From an uncultured Nitrospiraceae bacterium (GTDB lineage Bacteria > Nitrospirota > Thermodesulfovibrionia > Thermodesulfovibrionales > Dissulfurispiraceae): a stretch of DNA of 27,064 nucleotides. The translations under genes and the position numbers were made by a program. A model generated the notes under the pieces. That model did no database searches and was not told where the DNA came from. It was given only the letters and a program-made list of their open reading frames with translations. Below, piece after piece: positions 1 to 10,584 of this stretch (positions are counted from its first letter, which is position 1; each line of letters opens with the position of its first letter). The stretch is taken from positions 1 to 27,064 of the forward strand of contig CAVPIW010000018.1 of NCBI GenBank assembly GCA_963705105.1. The letters are read 5' to 3'.

Positions 1-1833
1 ACGAGGCTGAAGAGGGCGGGGTAGGTTTCCCGGGTCAGGAGGGTTTCCTCCTTCAGCAGCCTGAGACCCTCAGGGACATGTTTGAGAAAATACCTCTTTC
101 CCTTCACCAGGGCCAGAAAACCGTACGCCCCGAGGGCCTGCATGTGGCGCTGGAGGCGGCAGGGGAGCAGGGAGGTGCGGAACCTTTCCCTGCTGAACCG
201 TTCGGACCGCTCTGCCATCATGTCCTCATATCGACCGAGGAGACGCTCTCTCAATGCGTCATCGAGCCTGTAATAGGGGTCCCAGAGCATCGACGCGACA
301 TCGTATGCCGGAGGCCCGATCCTCGCCCCCTGATAATCGATGAACCGGGGGATGTCGCCGCCCGTGATCATAACATTCTGGGACTGAAAATCGCGGTGAA
401 CGACGGTCTTTTCGAAGGCATCGACAAGGGAAGCGAGACGGTGGAATTCCTCGTCCAGTCTTTGCCTGTCCCCGGCGGAAACCTCCCGCACCTGGGAGAC
501 AAACCGGTCCGTGAAATACGACGTTTCCCAACGGAGATGCTCATAATCGAAAACCCTCTCCGTCAGCTCGGGACATTCCCCCGCCGACTGCGTGGCGTCA
601 TGATGCATCAGGACGAGGCCTTCAAGGACCCGGCCGTAGACGTCTTCGATTTCCCCGGTGCCGCGCGGGCATTTCAGCCATGCATAGAGCGAAACGTCGC
701 CGAGGTCCTCGAAGAGGGCCTCCATGGAACCGGGTCTTTCTTCGATGAGGTCCGGAACGGGCACTCCCAACTTTCTGAAATGACCGGTCAGGGCAAGGTG
801 CCGCCGGTAATCGGGGTCATTTTCAGGGCACTGCATGAGGACGGCCGTCGCTCCGTCATTGACGACCCTGAAATAGCGTCTCGCCGATCCACCCACACCG
901 ATGGGAACCGGGTCGTGGCCCGCAGATCCTGCCGTTTCGAAGGGGACGGTGAACCCGGGGCCGAGGATGCAGAATGCATGATGGCCGATGGCCTGCAGGT
1001 CCGCTCCGGGCAGGACGACGCAATCGTGAAGGCGGATGTTCGCCGGCAGATGGTGATCACCCTCTATGACGACCCGTCCTCCGAACAGAGCGCCTCTGCA
1101 TCCCGTGACGGCTCCGTCGATGTAGACAGACTCACCCAGTGATTGCAGTCGTTGGAAGAGCGCCAACGCATACGCAGGGGGGGAGCCGATGTCGCTCCAG
1201 GCGCAGCCGCTCATGTCGCAGGTGCCGATCGTGAGACCTTCGGCGATTGCGATCTTCCAGGCGAGGACGACATCAGACGCGCCGTCGGGCAGGAGGTCGA
1301 GGAATGCAGGGTCATAGACGGCAACTCCGGTAAAAGCCTTCCGGGCATGTTCTCCCGGCAAAGGTGCCGGCTCCCTTGCTCCCAGGAGCATGCCGTCACG
1401 ATCAAGGGCAAGATTGTTGATCGCCGGTACATCATGGACGGCCAGCGTCACCAGGTTTTTGGAGGAAAGATGGGCCGTGACGAGGAGATCGAGATCCATG
1501 TCGGTGAGGATATCCCCGTTGTGGACAAGGAAAGGCCCGTGCCTGAGAAATGCGGCGGCGTTCTTCAGCGCCCCGCCCGTGTTCAGGATGGGATCTTCCG
1601 GGAAGACGGTCATCGCCCCCGCCGGGCCATAGCGCTTCAGCCACTCCTCGAAGACCTCCCTCCCGTGGTGGACGTTCATGGCGATGCCTTCCGGGCCGAG
1701 CGTGAGCAGGCGTTCGATGATCATTCCGATCAGGGGCTTTCCGAGGATGGGGAGCAGGGGTTTCGGGATGTGGTCAGTTATGGGACGCAGGCGCTCGCCC
1801 AGTCCCGCGGCGAGGACGAAGCAGCGGAGTCTC

Positions 1834-1841
<8 letters not shown>
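1..1841 (-). CDS. Fusion of N-terminal sugar-phosphate nucleotidyltransferase (MurU-like) and C-terminal APH-family phosphotransferase (AmgK-like); 3' end outside window
   Basis: Not in the ORF track, consistent with no stop before the window edge. Hand translation from ATG 1841 gives [38 protein letters not shown] (NTP-transferase GxGxRLxPxT..PKP motif). The same frame gives GGSARRYFRV (~870-900) and VHRDFQSQNVM (~370-400), which are APH/AmgK motifs. The start overlaps the end of the DUF1343 gene. Confidence 0.85.
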
Positions 1842-3009
<1,168 letters not shown>

Positions 3010-3063
3010 GAAATACCTCTTTTGTCATTTACAAAAACTGTCAACGGCAAAAACAGCCCTTCA

Positions 3064-3289
3064 GCCACAGAGGTCACAGAGATCACAGAGATAAACTCAG
3101 ACAAGCTATTGACCCGGCAATTAAACGGATGAACCGCGCTGTGCTTTGTCATTCCGTCTTGACCGGGGCTTGCGGCAATGACAGTAGTATTGGTATTTAA
3201 TTGCCGGTTTAAATATGGGCTTTTCTCGGTGCCCTCCGAGCTCTCTGTGGCTAATATATCTGTTCTTTGCGCTCTTTGCGGCTTTGCGC
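3064..3289. repeat. Nested inverted-repeat mosaic in divergent intergenic region
   Basis: GCCACAGAG-GTCACAGAG-ATCACAGAG (3064-3090) is mirrored at 3225-3251. Perfect 12-bp IR CCGGCAATTAAA at 3114-3125/3196-3207. Central TGTCATT..AATGACA at 3147-3183. CTTTGCG x3 at 3265-3289. Confidence 0.8.
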
Positions 3290-3309
3290 AAAAAAAGCCG
3301 TCAGTCCTG

Positions 3310-3341
3310 TTCCTTTCACTGTCACTCACACTCACACTGTC
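3310..3341 (-). repeat. CAGTGT/GAGTGT hexamer tract ending in CAGTGAAAGGAA
   Basis: Reverse complement reads ACAGTGTGAGTGTGAGTGACAGTGAAAGGAA, matching the units at 10585-10725. Confidence 0.8.
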
Positions 3342-3435
3342 TCCGTGTTGCTTTAACCTGAAGAGCCTGATTATACTATATTTTCAGCCCTTTTCCAAGG
3401 GCCTCATCATCACAGAAAGAGGTGAAAGTAAAGAT

Positions 3436-5367
3436 ATGGCTGTACAGATGCTGGAATTCAAGGCCGAGGTGCGGGAACTCCTCGATCTCATGATCCATTC
3501 TCTCTATTCACACAAGGAGGTCTTCCTTCGGGAACTCATCTCCAACGCGTCCGATGCGATCGACAGGCTCCGGTACCTGTCCCTGACGGACAGCTCCGTC
3601 CTTGAGGGTCTCGGGGAGTGGACGATACGAATCACCCCCGACAAGGTCGCCGGGACGCTGACGGTGAGTGACAACGGCATCGGGATGACGAGGGATGAGG
3701 TCATCAGCGAACTCGGCACCATCGCCCATTCGGGCACAAAGGACTTCCTCAGGGCACTGCAGAGCAAGGAGGCCCAGGCCAACCCCGACCTGATCGGCCA
3801 GTTCGGTGTGGGGTTTTATGCCTCCTTCATGGTCGCCGACAGGGTGACGGTGCTCACGAGGAAAGCGGGCGAGAAAGGCGCAGAAGGGGTGAAGTGGGAG
3901 TCCGCCGCCGACGGCTCCTTCACCGTCCAAGATATCGGGCGGGACCGTTCCGGCACGGATGTCATCCTCCACCTCAAGGAGGACGAGAAGCGGTTTCTCG
4001 AAGAATGGGAAATCCGGAACGTCGTGAGGAAATACTCTGACTACATAGAGCATCCCGTCGTCATGGAGACGGAGCGTGTGAAGCCCGACGAGCAGGACGA
4101 AAAGAAGCAGGTGACCGTTAGGGAGGACGAGGTCCTGAACTCGCGGAAGGCCATCTGGCTGAAGGACAAGTCCGAGATTACCGAGTCGGAGTACAACGAA
4201 TTCTACAAGCATATTTCTCATGATTTCCTGGACCCCGCAAAGGTCATCCATTACCGCGCCGAGGGGACCTCTGAATTCACGGCCCTCCTCTATATACCGT
4301 CCAAGGCCCCCTTCGGCATGTTCTACAAGGACTTCAAGATCGGCCCGGCCCTCTATGTCAACAGGGTCCAGATCATGAACCACTGCGAGGAGCTCATCCC
4401 CGTCTACCTGAGGTTCGTCCGGGGCGTCGTCGACTCGTCCGATCTGCCGCTCAATGTCTCCCGGGAGACGCTGCAGAACAACAGGCAGGTGGAGATCATC
4501 AGGAAGAATGTGACAAAGAAGGTGCTCGACACGCTCACGGAGATGAAGAAGGGCGCCTATGAGCAGTACCTCGCCTTTTACGGTGAATTCGGCAAGATTC
4601 TCAAAGAGGGTATTCACTTCGACTTTTCACGGCGGGAGACGATTGCCGACCTGCTCCTTTTCCCGTCGTCCAGGACTAAGCCGGGTGAATTCACGACTTT
4701 CCAGGCCTACATAGACGGAATGACGGAGGGCCAGGATACGATCTACTACATCAGCGGATCGAAGATCGACGAAGCCCTCGCCTCGCCATACCTGGAAACG
4801 TTCAGGGACAAGGACATCGAGGTGCTCGTCATGCCCGACGAGATCGATGATTTCATCATGGGCGACCTCTTCGAGTATAAAGGGAAGCACTTCAAGTCCG
4901 TCCTCCAGGGTGACATCTCCCTCGATGCCGCCGGGGCAGAGGCCCTGGAGCGTGACAAGGGCGCCTATGGGGACCTCATCGGGCTCATCAGGGATGCGCT
5001 GAAAGAGGAAGTCAAGGACGTGCGGCTGTCAGGGCGGCTCAAGGATTCGCCCTGCTGCCTCGTGACGGACGAAGGCGCGCTCAATCCGAAGATGGAGCGC
5101 ATTTTGAAGGCCATGGGTCAGGAGGTGCCGCCGATGAAACGGATCCTGGAGATCAACGCGGCGCACCCCCTCGTCGAGACGATGAACAGCATCCTCCGGA
5201 AGGACAGCGGGAGTCCCCTGCTCGGGGAGTTCGCGTCGATCCTTTACGATGAGGCCCTTCTCCTGGAGGGCGCGCAGCCCCGGGATCCCATCGCTTTTGC
5301 GAAGACCGTGGCCCGTCTCATGGTCGAGCAGGGGCGGCACAGCCTCGGCAGCGAAGGACCTCAGTGA
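3436..5367 (+). CDS. htpG: Molecular chaperone HtpG (Hsp90)
   Basis: Motifs YSHKEVFLRELISNASDA, DNGIGMT, IGQFGVGFY and DLPLNVSRE. Start moved to ATG 3436 (GAGGTGA upstream); the upstream ORF extension is repeat DNA. Confidence 0.97.
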   Translation: MAVQMLEFKAEVRELLDLMIHSLYSHKEVFLRELISNASDAIDRLRYLSLTDSSVLEGLGEWTIRITPDKVAGTLTVSDNGIGMTRDEVISELGTIAHSGTKDFLRALQSKEAQANPDLIGQFGVGFYASFMVADRVTVLTRKAGEKGAEGVKWESAADGSFTVQDIGRDRSGTDVILHLKEDEKRFLEEWEIRNVVRKYSDYIEHPVVMETERVKPDEQDEKKQVTVREDEVLNSRKAIWLKDKSEITESEYNEFYKHISHDFLDPAKVIHYRAEGTSEFTALLYIPSKAPFGMFYKDFKIGPALYVNRVQIMNHCEELIPVYLRFVRGVVDSSDLPLNVSRETLQNNRQVEIIRKNVTKKVLDTLTEMKKGAYEQYLAFYGEFGKILKEGIHFDFSRRETIADLLLFPSSRTKPGEFTTFQAYIDGMTEGQDTIYYISGSKIDEALASPYLETFRDKDIEVLVMPDEIDDFIMGDLFEYKGKHFKSVLQGDISLDAAGAEALERDKGAYGDLIGLIRDALKEEVKDVRLSGRLKDSPCCLVTDEGALNPKMERILKAMGQEVPPMKRILEINAAHPLVETMNSILRKDSGSPLLGEFASILYDEALLLEGAQPRDPIAFAKTVARLMVEQGRHSLGSEGPQ

Positions 5368-5368
5368 G

Positions 5369-5581
5369 CCCTGTCGCTGCAATGGAAAGGCGGGACGAAG
5401 CGCCTCAAAGCCTCGCTGATAGCGAGAATGATCGTTTATTATTGGTGTATCGGGAATTCATCTTTGATGTCATCCGCCATCTGCCTGAAAGGGTCTGGAC
5501 GGGAAGGCAAAGGTTTCGCAGCACCGAGGCTTGTCGGCGCATACGCCCCGCCTTTCCGGATGTCCGATTGCAACAGTAAGG
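5369..5581 (+). mobile_element. Palindromic MITE-like element, copy 1 (type A, 213 bp)
   Basis: Left end CCCTGTCGCTGCAATGGAAAGGCGGGACGAAGCGCC; right end GGCGCATACGCCCCGCCTTTCCGGATGTCCGATTGCAACAGTAAGG; flanks TGAG/TGAA. Confidence 0.8.
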
Positions 5582-6909
5582 TGAAATTCTTTATCTCTAC
5601 TCTCGGGTGTCCGAAGAACACCGTCGACTCCCGTCATATGGGCGATGAACTGACGAGACAGGGGTTCATACCCGCGGAGGAGCAGGATGCCGACGTCATC
5701 CTTGTGAATACCTGCGGGTTCATCAGGGACGCCAAGGAGGAGTCGATCGGGGAGATCCTGAGGCTTGCAAAGCTGAGAGAGCAGGGGAAGCGGCTCGTTG
5801 TCTTCGGATGCCTCGCGGAGCGGTACCGCGAGGACCTGGAGCGGGAGATGCCCGAGATCGACGGCCTCTGGGGCGTCGGCGACACGGCTGGCATCCTGAG
5901 CTATCTGGACACCCTCAGGACAGAGGGGGAGGACCGTCATGACCGGTCAGGCCACCCCCTCACGCCGTCTCCGGCCGGATCTTACGCCTATCTGAAGGTT
6001 GCCGACGGCTGTGACAGGAAATGCACCTTCTGCGTGATCCCCTCCATCAGGGGCAGGTTCAGGAGCATCGACGCGGAGGCCCTTCTGGAGGAGGCAGGGG
6101 AACTGATTAAAGGAGGCGCGCGGGAGCTTGTTCTCGTGGCCCAGGACATCACGAGCTACGGCAGGGAGTTGAAGGGCTGGAACCTTGCATCCCTCCTCCG
6201 CGGCCTCGTGGCGCTGCCCGGTGATTTTTGGGTCCGTCTTCTCTATCTCTATCCGACGGCATTGGACGACGAGCTGCTGTCCCTCATCGCCACGGAAGAG
6301 AAGATCGTCAAGTATCTCGACATCCCGCTCCAGCATTCCGAGGACCGGCTCCTGCGGCTTATGGGACGAAGGGGGACGAAGAAGGAGTATCTGAAGATCC
6401 TGAGGAAGATCAGGAAGGCCATTCCCGGTGTGACTCTCCGGACGACCTTCATCGTGGGGTTCCCGACGGAGACGGAGGAGGAGTTCAACGGACTCGTGGA
6501 CTTCATCGAGGAGGTGAGGTTCGACCGGCTCGGCGTCTTTGCATTCTCAAAGGAGGAGGGAACGCCGTCGGCGCTGTTGAAAGGACAGGTGCCCGACAGG
6601 GTGAAGAAGCGGAGGCTCGACGAGATCATGCGGCGCCAGGCCCTCATCTCTGCCGGGTTGAATGCGGAGCTTGTGGGCAAGCGTTTCAGGGCCGTCATCG
6701 ACGAGGTCGGCGGCGGCGTCGCCATCGGCCGTCTCCCCTCGCAGGCGCCGGAGATCGACGGGGTGGTGATCATAAAAACAGTCGATGATCGGCAACCGGC
6801 TGTCGGCGACATCGTGACCGTCGGGATTACCGGGGCTCACGATTACGATGTCGAGGCGGTGATCGTCGCACCTGTCTCGCAATCATGTCCTATCCTCGTG
6901 CCAGGGTAG
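5581..6909 (+). CDS. rimO: Ribosomal protein S12 methylthiotransferase RimO
   Basis: LGCPKNTVDS and NTCGFI N-terminal motifs, radical SAM motif CDRKCTFC, and a C-terminal TRAM region with QAPEIDG. Start placed at GTG 5581 because the upstream extension is the repeat element. Confidence 0.95.
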   Translation: MKFFISTLGCPKNTVDSRHMGDELTRQGFIPAEEQDADVILVNTCGFIRDAKEESIGEILRLAKLREQGKRLVVFGCLAERYREDLEREMPEIDGLWGVGDTAGILSYLDTLRTEGEDRHDRSGHPLTPSPAGSYAYLKVADGCDRKCTFCVIPSIRGRFRSIDAEALLEEAGELIKGGARELVLVAQDITSYGRELKGWNLASLLRGLVALPGDFWVRLLYLYPTALDDELLSLIATEEKIVKYLDIPLQHSEDRLLRLMGRRGTKKEYLKILRKIRKAIPGVTLRTTFIVGFPTETEEEFNGLVDFIEEVRFDRLGVFAFSKEEGTPSALLKGQVPDRVKKRRLDEIMRRQALISAGLNAELVGKRFRAVIDEVGGGVAIGRLPSQAPEIDGVVIIKTVDDRQPAVGDIVTVGITGAHDYDVEAVIVAPVSQSCPILVPG

Positions 6910-7114
6910 CTTTCATGAAAAGGCGGGACGAAATGCCTCAAGCCTTGCTGATAGCGAGCATGATTATTTGAAATTGGGCATCCGGGATTCATTCCTTTAT
7001 TTCATCAACGGCGGGCCTGATATATTCCTCATGGGAAGACAAAGGTTTCGCAGCACCAGGGCTTCTCGGCATCATCGCCCCGCCTTTCCGGATGTCTTGT
7101 TGCAGCGATCAAGG
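6901..7114 (+). mobile_element. Palindromic MITE-like element, copy 2 (type A, ~214 bp)
   Basis: TGAAAAGGCGGGACGAAATGCC...GGCATCATCGCCCCGCCTTTCCGGATGTCTTGTTGCAGCGATCAAGG; colinear with copy 1. The outer left end is degenerate. Confidence 0.78.
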
Positions 7115-7161
7115 TCATTCCGGGCATCAGTGGCAGCACGTGGCAACGAACTGGGAGAAAC

Positions 7162-8004
7162 ATGAAGAAATTTCCCTTTTTGCACATCATCCTTTTCTGC
7201 GCCACCTTCCTGACGACCCTCGCGGCAGGGGCGCTCCATATGGGGATCGACATCCTGAAGCAGCCGGAAAGGATCATCGAGGGGTTCCCCTTCGCCGGGA
7301 CCCTCATGTGCATCCTCCTTTTCCACGAATTCTCCCACTATATCGCGTCGAAGATGCATCACATCACGGCGACGCTTCCCTATTTCATCCCTGCACCTCC
7401 TTATCCATTCATCATCGGCACCTTCGGCGCCTTCATCAAGATGAAATCCCCCATTGTGACGAGAAAGGCCCTCGTCGACATCGGCGCCTCGGGACCGATT
7501 GCGGGGTTCATCATTTCCATCATCGCCTGCCTGGCCGGCCTCAGCATGTCGGAGACAAGGCTGCCCCAGGCGGAGAAAGGGCTGATCTTAGGAGATTCGC
7601 TGCTCTTCTCCTTTCTCTCACAAATCGTGCTCGGTGTGACGCCTGATCAGCACGACATCCTCCTGCACCCCGTCGCCTTTGCAGGCTGGATCGGTCTCTT
7701 TGTCACCTCCCTGAACCTCATCCCCGTGGGACAGCTCGACGGAGGGCATATAGCCTTCGCGTTGCTTGGTGAGAGGCACAGGCAGCTTTCCCTTGTGCTC
7801 GTCTTCGTCCTCGCCTTCATGGGCATCTTCTTCTGGGAGGGGTGGATCCTCTGGGCCGTGCTTCTTGTCGTCCTCGGGATCCGCCATCCGCCCGTCATCC
7901 ACTGGGAGATTCCCCTTGACTCAAGACGGCGTTTTGTCGGGTTCCTGTCCCTGGTCATATTCGTCATCACCTTCATCCCCTCACCGTTCCGGCTCGTCCT
8001 GTGA
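7162..8004 (+). CDS. Site-2 protease family (M50) membrane metalloprotease
   Basis: HEFSH zinc motif, DIGASGP, NLIPVGQLDGGHI and multiple TM segments. Confidence 0.92.
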   Translation: MKKFPFLHIILFCATFLTTLAAGALHMGIDILKQPERIIEGFPFAGTLMCILLFHEFSHYIASKMHHITATLPYFIPAPPYPFIIGTFGAFIKMKSPIVTRKALVDIGASGPIAGFIISIIACLAGLSMSETRLPQAEKGLILGDSLLFSFLSQIVLGVTPDQHDILLHPVAFAGWIGLFVTSLNLIPVGQLDGGHIAFALLGERHRQLSLVLVFVLAFMGIFFWEGWILWAVLLVVLGIRHPPVIHWEIPLDSRRRFVGFLSLVIFVITFIPSPFRLVL

Positions 8005-8834
8005 AAGCGTCCGTCATATCGAGCCCGTCCAATCCTCTTGTCAAGGAGATCCTGAAGATCAAAGCGGGGAAAAAGACCGGTCAGGAGGGACGATGCATCA
8101 TCGAAGGTCCCCATCTGATCGAGATGGCCCTCTCGTCACAAGCTGCCATCGAGAGGGTCCTGTTCACCGCCGAATTCCTTGCCCGCCAGGACGGCCGCAG
8201 GTTGCTGAGGTCCCTCATGGGGAAGGTGCCCGCCGGTGGCATCATCGAGATGTCCGGTTCTGTCATCGACCGTCTCAGCGATACGGAGACGCCCCAGGGC
8301 ATTCTGGCAGTGGTGGTGTTCGGCGCCACGGCACCGGAAGACCTAATTATCGGTGAATCTCCCCTCGTGGTCATCTGTGACGGCATCCAGGACCCCGGCA
8401 ACCTCGGGTCGCTCATCAGGGTGTCTGACGCAGCAGGTGCGAACGCCGTCTTCATCCTCCCCGGGACATGCAATCCTTACCTCCCCAAAGTCATCAGGTC
8501 GACGGCAGGGAGCATCTTTCACATCCCCCTCGTCCCTATCGGTCCGGAGGCATGCGTGGATTTTCTGAGAACACATCATATCCCGCTTGCCATCGCCGAC
8601 GTGCGCGGAGCGGTCTCCCTGTTTGACGCGGACCTCACGGGCCCGCTCGCCCTCGCCTTCGGGAGCGAAGCGAGGGGCGCCGGCAGGGTGCTGAGAGAGA
8701 AGGCCGATGTGTTGCTGAAAATCCCCATCGTGGGGAAGGCTGAGAGCCTCAATGTCGCCATGGCGGCATCAATCTGCCTCTACGAAGCTGTCAGGCAGAG
8801 AACAGCCCCCCGCTGCAAGCCCGGCCGGAAGTGA
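8001..8834 (+). CDS. TrmH/SpoU family RNA 2'-O-methyltransferase
   Basis: Motifs IQDPGNLGSLIR, GSEARG and ESLNVAMAASI. GTGA overlap with the upstream gene. Confidence 0.93.
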   Translation: MKASVISSPSNPLVKEILKIKAGKKTGQEGRCIIEGPHLIEMALSSQAAIERVLFTAEFLARQDGRRLLRSLMGKVPAGGIIEMSGSVIDRLSDTETPQGILAVVVFGATAPEDLIIGESPLVVICDGIQDPGNLGSLIRVSDAAGANAVFILPGTCNPYLPKVIRSTAGSIFHIPLVPIGPEACVDFLRTHHIPLAIADVRGAVSLFDADLTGPLALAFGSEARGAGRVLREKADVLLKIPIVGKAESLNVAMAASICLYEAVRQRTAPRCKPGRK

Positions 8835-8851
8835 CCTTGTTTTTGCATGAA

Positions 8852-8919
8852 CCTTTCAGCTGCGTGAAAAGGCGGGGCGAATGCCCCGCCTGTCCCGGAA
8901 GTGTATTGCAACGATAAGG
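8852..8919 (+). mobile_element. Minimal (68 bp) copy 3 of the palindromic element, ends only
   Basis: CCTTTCAGCTGCGTGAAAAGGCGGGGC-GAAT-GCCCCGCCTGTCCCGGAAGTGTATTGCAACGATAAGG. Confidence 0.8.
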
Positions 8920-9068
8920 TTATTTTGGACACGAGTGAATCCATTTTTTTGTTGACGGACCCCATATCGCGTCGTATACTTTTTTTAGGGATGCCGTCTG
9001 AATCATTCGGCAGACAACGGGGGGGATACACGACGAGAGAGATGTGAAGGAGCGCGGGGATTCCGTTT

Positions 9069-9827
9069 ATGGGTATATCCGCAAAATCACGGGAGCAGTA
9101 CCGGATACTCGTCATCGATGACGATGCGGCCGACTATCTTAGCGCCCTCGGGACGATCAGGAACTGCATGGTGCTCCATCTGCCCGACCGGCTGAGGGCC
9201 TGCGAGTTTTTCTTCCACAACCATGTGGACCTCGTCATTCTTGACCATGGAACAGGTCAGGACTGCACGAAACTCCTGCAATTCCTCAAGTCAGTGAGAC
9301 CGTCCATACCCGTCGTCACCGTCACGGCCTGCGGTTCCGAGAGCCTTGCCGTGTCGGTATTCAGGAACGGCGCCCGTGATTATTTCAAGAAGCCCCTCGA
9401 AATGCCATCCTTCATGGTCTCTGTCGGGGACGCCCTGGGCATACGGACGATATTGAAAAGGGCCGACTCGGAGCGTTCCAGGGATGGTCTTTTCCGCGCC
9501 GTCGGATATATCAATGATCATTATGACACGCAGCTGAAGCTTTGCCAGGTTGCCCGCGAGGCGGGAATGAGCGTGTCCTGCTTTGAGCGGCTCTTCAAGG
9601 TCAAGATGGGCATGACGTTCACCCGATACGCGAATCAACTTCGCATATCGAAAGCCCTTGCCATGCTGAAGGAGAGCGACCTTGCCATCAGTGACATCGC
9701 TTTTGCCTGCGGATTCACCAACCAGTTCCATTTTGCGAGGACCTTCAGGAAGATCACGAAGTCGTCGCCGAGTATCGTCCGGAGACATCAAAACGGCCAG
9801 GTGAGAGAAAAGAGACAAAGCTCCTGA
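9069..9827 (+). CDS. Response regulator, REC domain plus AraC-type HTH
   Basis: REC motifs ILVIDDD, VILD and GARDYFKKP; AraC motifs ISDIAFACGFTNQFHFARTFRK. Confidence 0.88.
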   Translation: MGISAKSREQYRILVIDDDAADYLSALGTIRNCMVLHLPDRLRACEFFFHNHVDLVILDHGTGQDCTKLLQFLKSVRPSIPVVTVTACGSESLAVSVFRNGARDYFKKPLEMPSFMVSVGDALGIRTILKRADSERSRDGLFRAVGYINDHYDTQLKLCQVAREAGMSVSCFERLFKVKMGMTFTRYANQLRISKALAMLKESDLAISDIAFACGFTNQFHFARTFRKITKSSPSIVRRHQNGQVREKRQSS

Positions 9828-9853
9828 CGCCCGTCCGGCTTTCCTCGTCTAAA

Positions 9854-10047
9854 CCTTATCGTTGCAATACACCCCCGGGAAAGGCGGGGCGTATGCGCCG
9901 AAAACCTTGCTGCGGCGACACCTGTATCGAGACTGAAGAGGAGGCATAAGCCAATGTCAGGAGAATTGGGCATCCTTTCCGACACTGACACTCACACTGA
10001 CACTGTTTTCAGAGTGCTTCGCCCCGCCTTTCTATGCAGCTACAAAG
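9854..10047 (-). mobile_element. Palindromic MITE-like element, copy 4 (type B, 194 bp, inverted)
   Basis: CCTTATCGTTGCAATACACCCCCGGGAAAGGCGGGGCG...CGCCCCGCCTTTCTATGCAGCTACAAAG; perfect TAAA/TAAA flanks; contains a GACACT/CACACT hexamer tract. Confidence 0.85.
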
Positions 10048-10074
10048 TAAAGAAAATCCCCCCTCTGTCGATAT
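10048..10074 (+). promoter_or_regulatory. Putative sigma28 (FliA) promoter of cheW
   Basis: TAAA-N15-GTCGATAT versus consensus TAAA-N15-GCCGATAA, upstream of a chemotaxis gene. Confidence 0.7.
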
Positions 10075-10129
10075 GAATGTAACATCTCTTGTCATGGAAA
10101 TACGGTGTAAATCATAGAAGGAGAACAGC

Positions 10130-10576
10130 GTGAAGGCGACGTCCGGACAGGAAGTACTGCAGTTGGTGACATTTAAGCTGGGTGATGAGGAGTACGCAGT
10201 CGATATCCTGAAGGTTCAGGAGATCAACCGGATGGTGCACATTACCGCCGTTCCGAATGCCGACCGTTCCCTTGAAGGCGTCATCAACCTCAGAGGCAGG
10301 GTCATCCCCGTCACAAATCTTCGGAAGAAGTTCGGGCTTGATTCGAAGGAACTCGATGGCCATTCACGCATCATGGTCGTCGATGTCGGTACCACCATCG
10401 GTCTCATCGTCGATTCCGTGTCGGAAGTGCTCAGGCTCCCCTCAGATACGGTCGAACCGCCGCCGCACATCGCCGGAAACGGCAGCACCGACTATGTAAT
10501 GGGCATCGGCAAGCTCGAAGACCGGCTGCTCATCCTTCTCGACATTGAAAAGCTCATGGGTAAGGGGAAGGAATAG
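10130..10576 (+). CDS. cheW: Chemotaxis coupling protein CheW
   Basis: Motifs LVTFKLGDEEYAVDILKVQEI, GVINLRGRVIPV and GLIVDSVSEV; SD AAGGAG. Confidence 0.96.
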   Translation: MKATSGQEVLQLVTFKLGDEEYAVDILKVQEINRMVHITAVPNADRSLEGVINLRGRVIPVTNLRKKFGLDSKELDGHSRIMVVDVGTTIGLIVDSVSEVLRLPSDTVEPPPHIAGNGSTDYVMGIGKLEDRLLILLDIEKLMGKGKE

Positions 10577-10584
10577 GTGCAAAA

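Noticed and set aside
3178..3435. N-terminal extensions in the ORF track for htpG (also rimO, yedF, DUF1460, AttH)
   Set aside because: They run through repeat or intergenic DNA; family homology starts at downstream start codons.
5428..7050. Copies 1 and 2 as a DGR template/variable repeat pair
   Set aside because: Differences are not adenine-specific and no reverse transcriptase is present.
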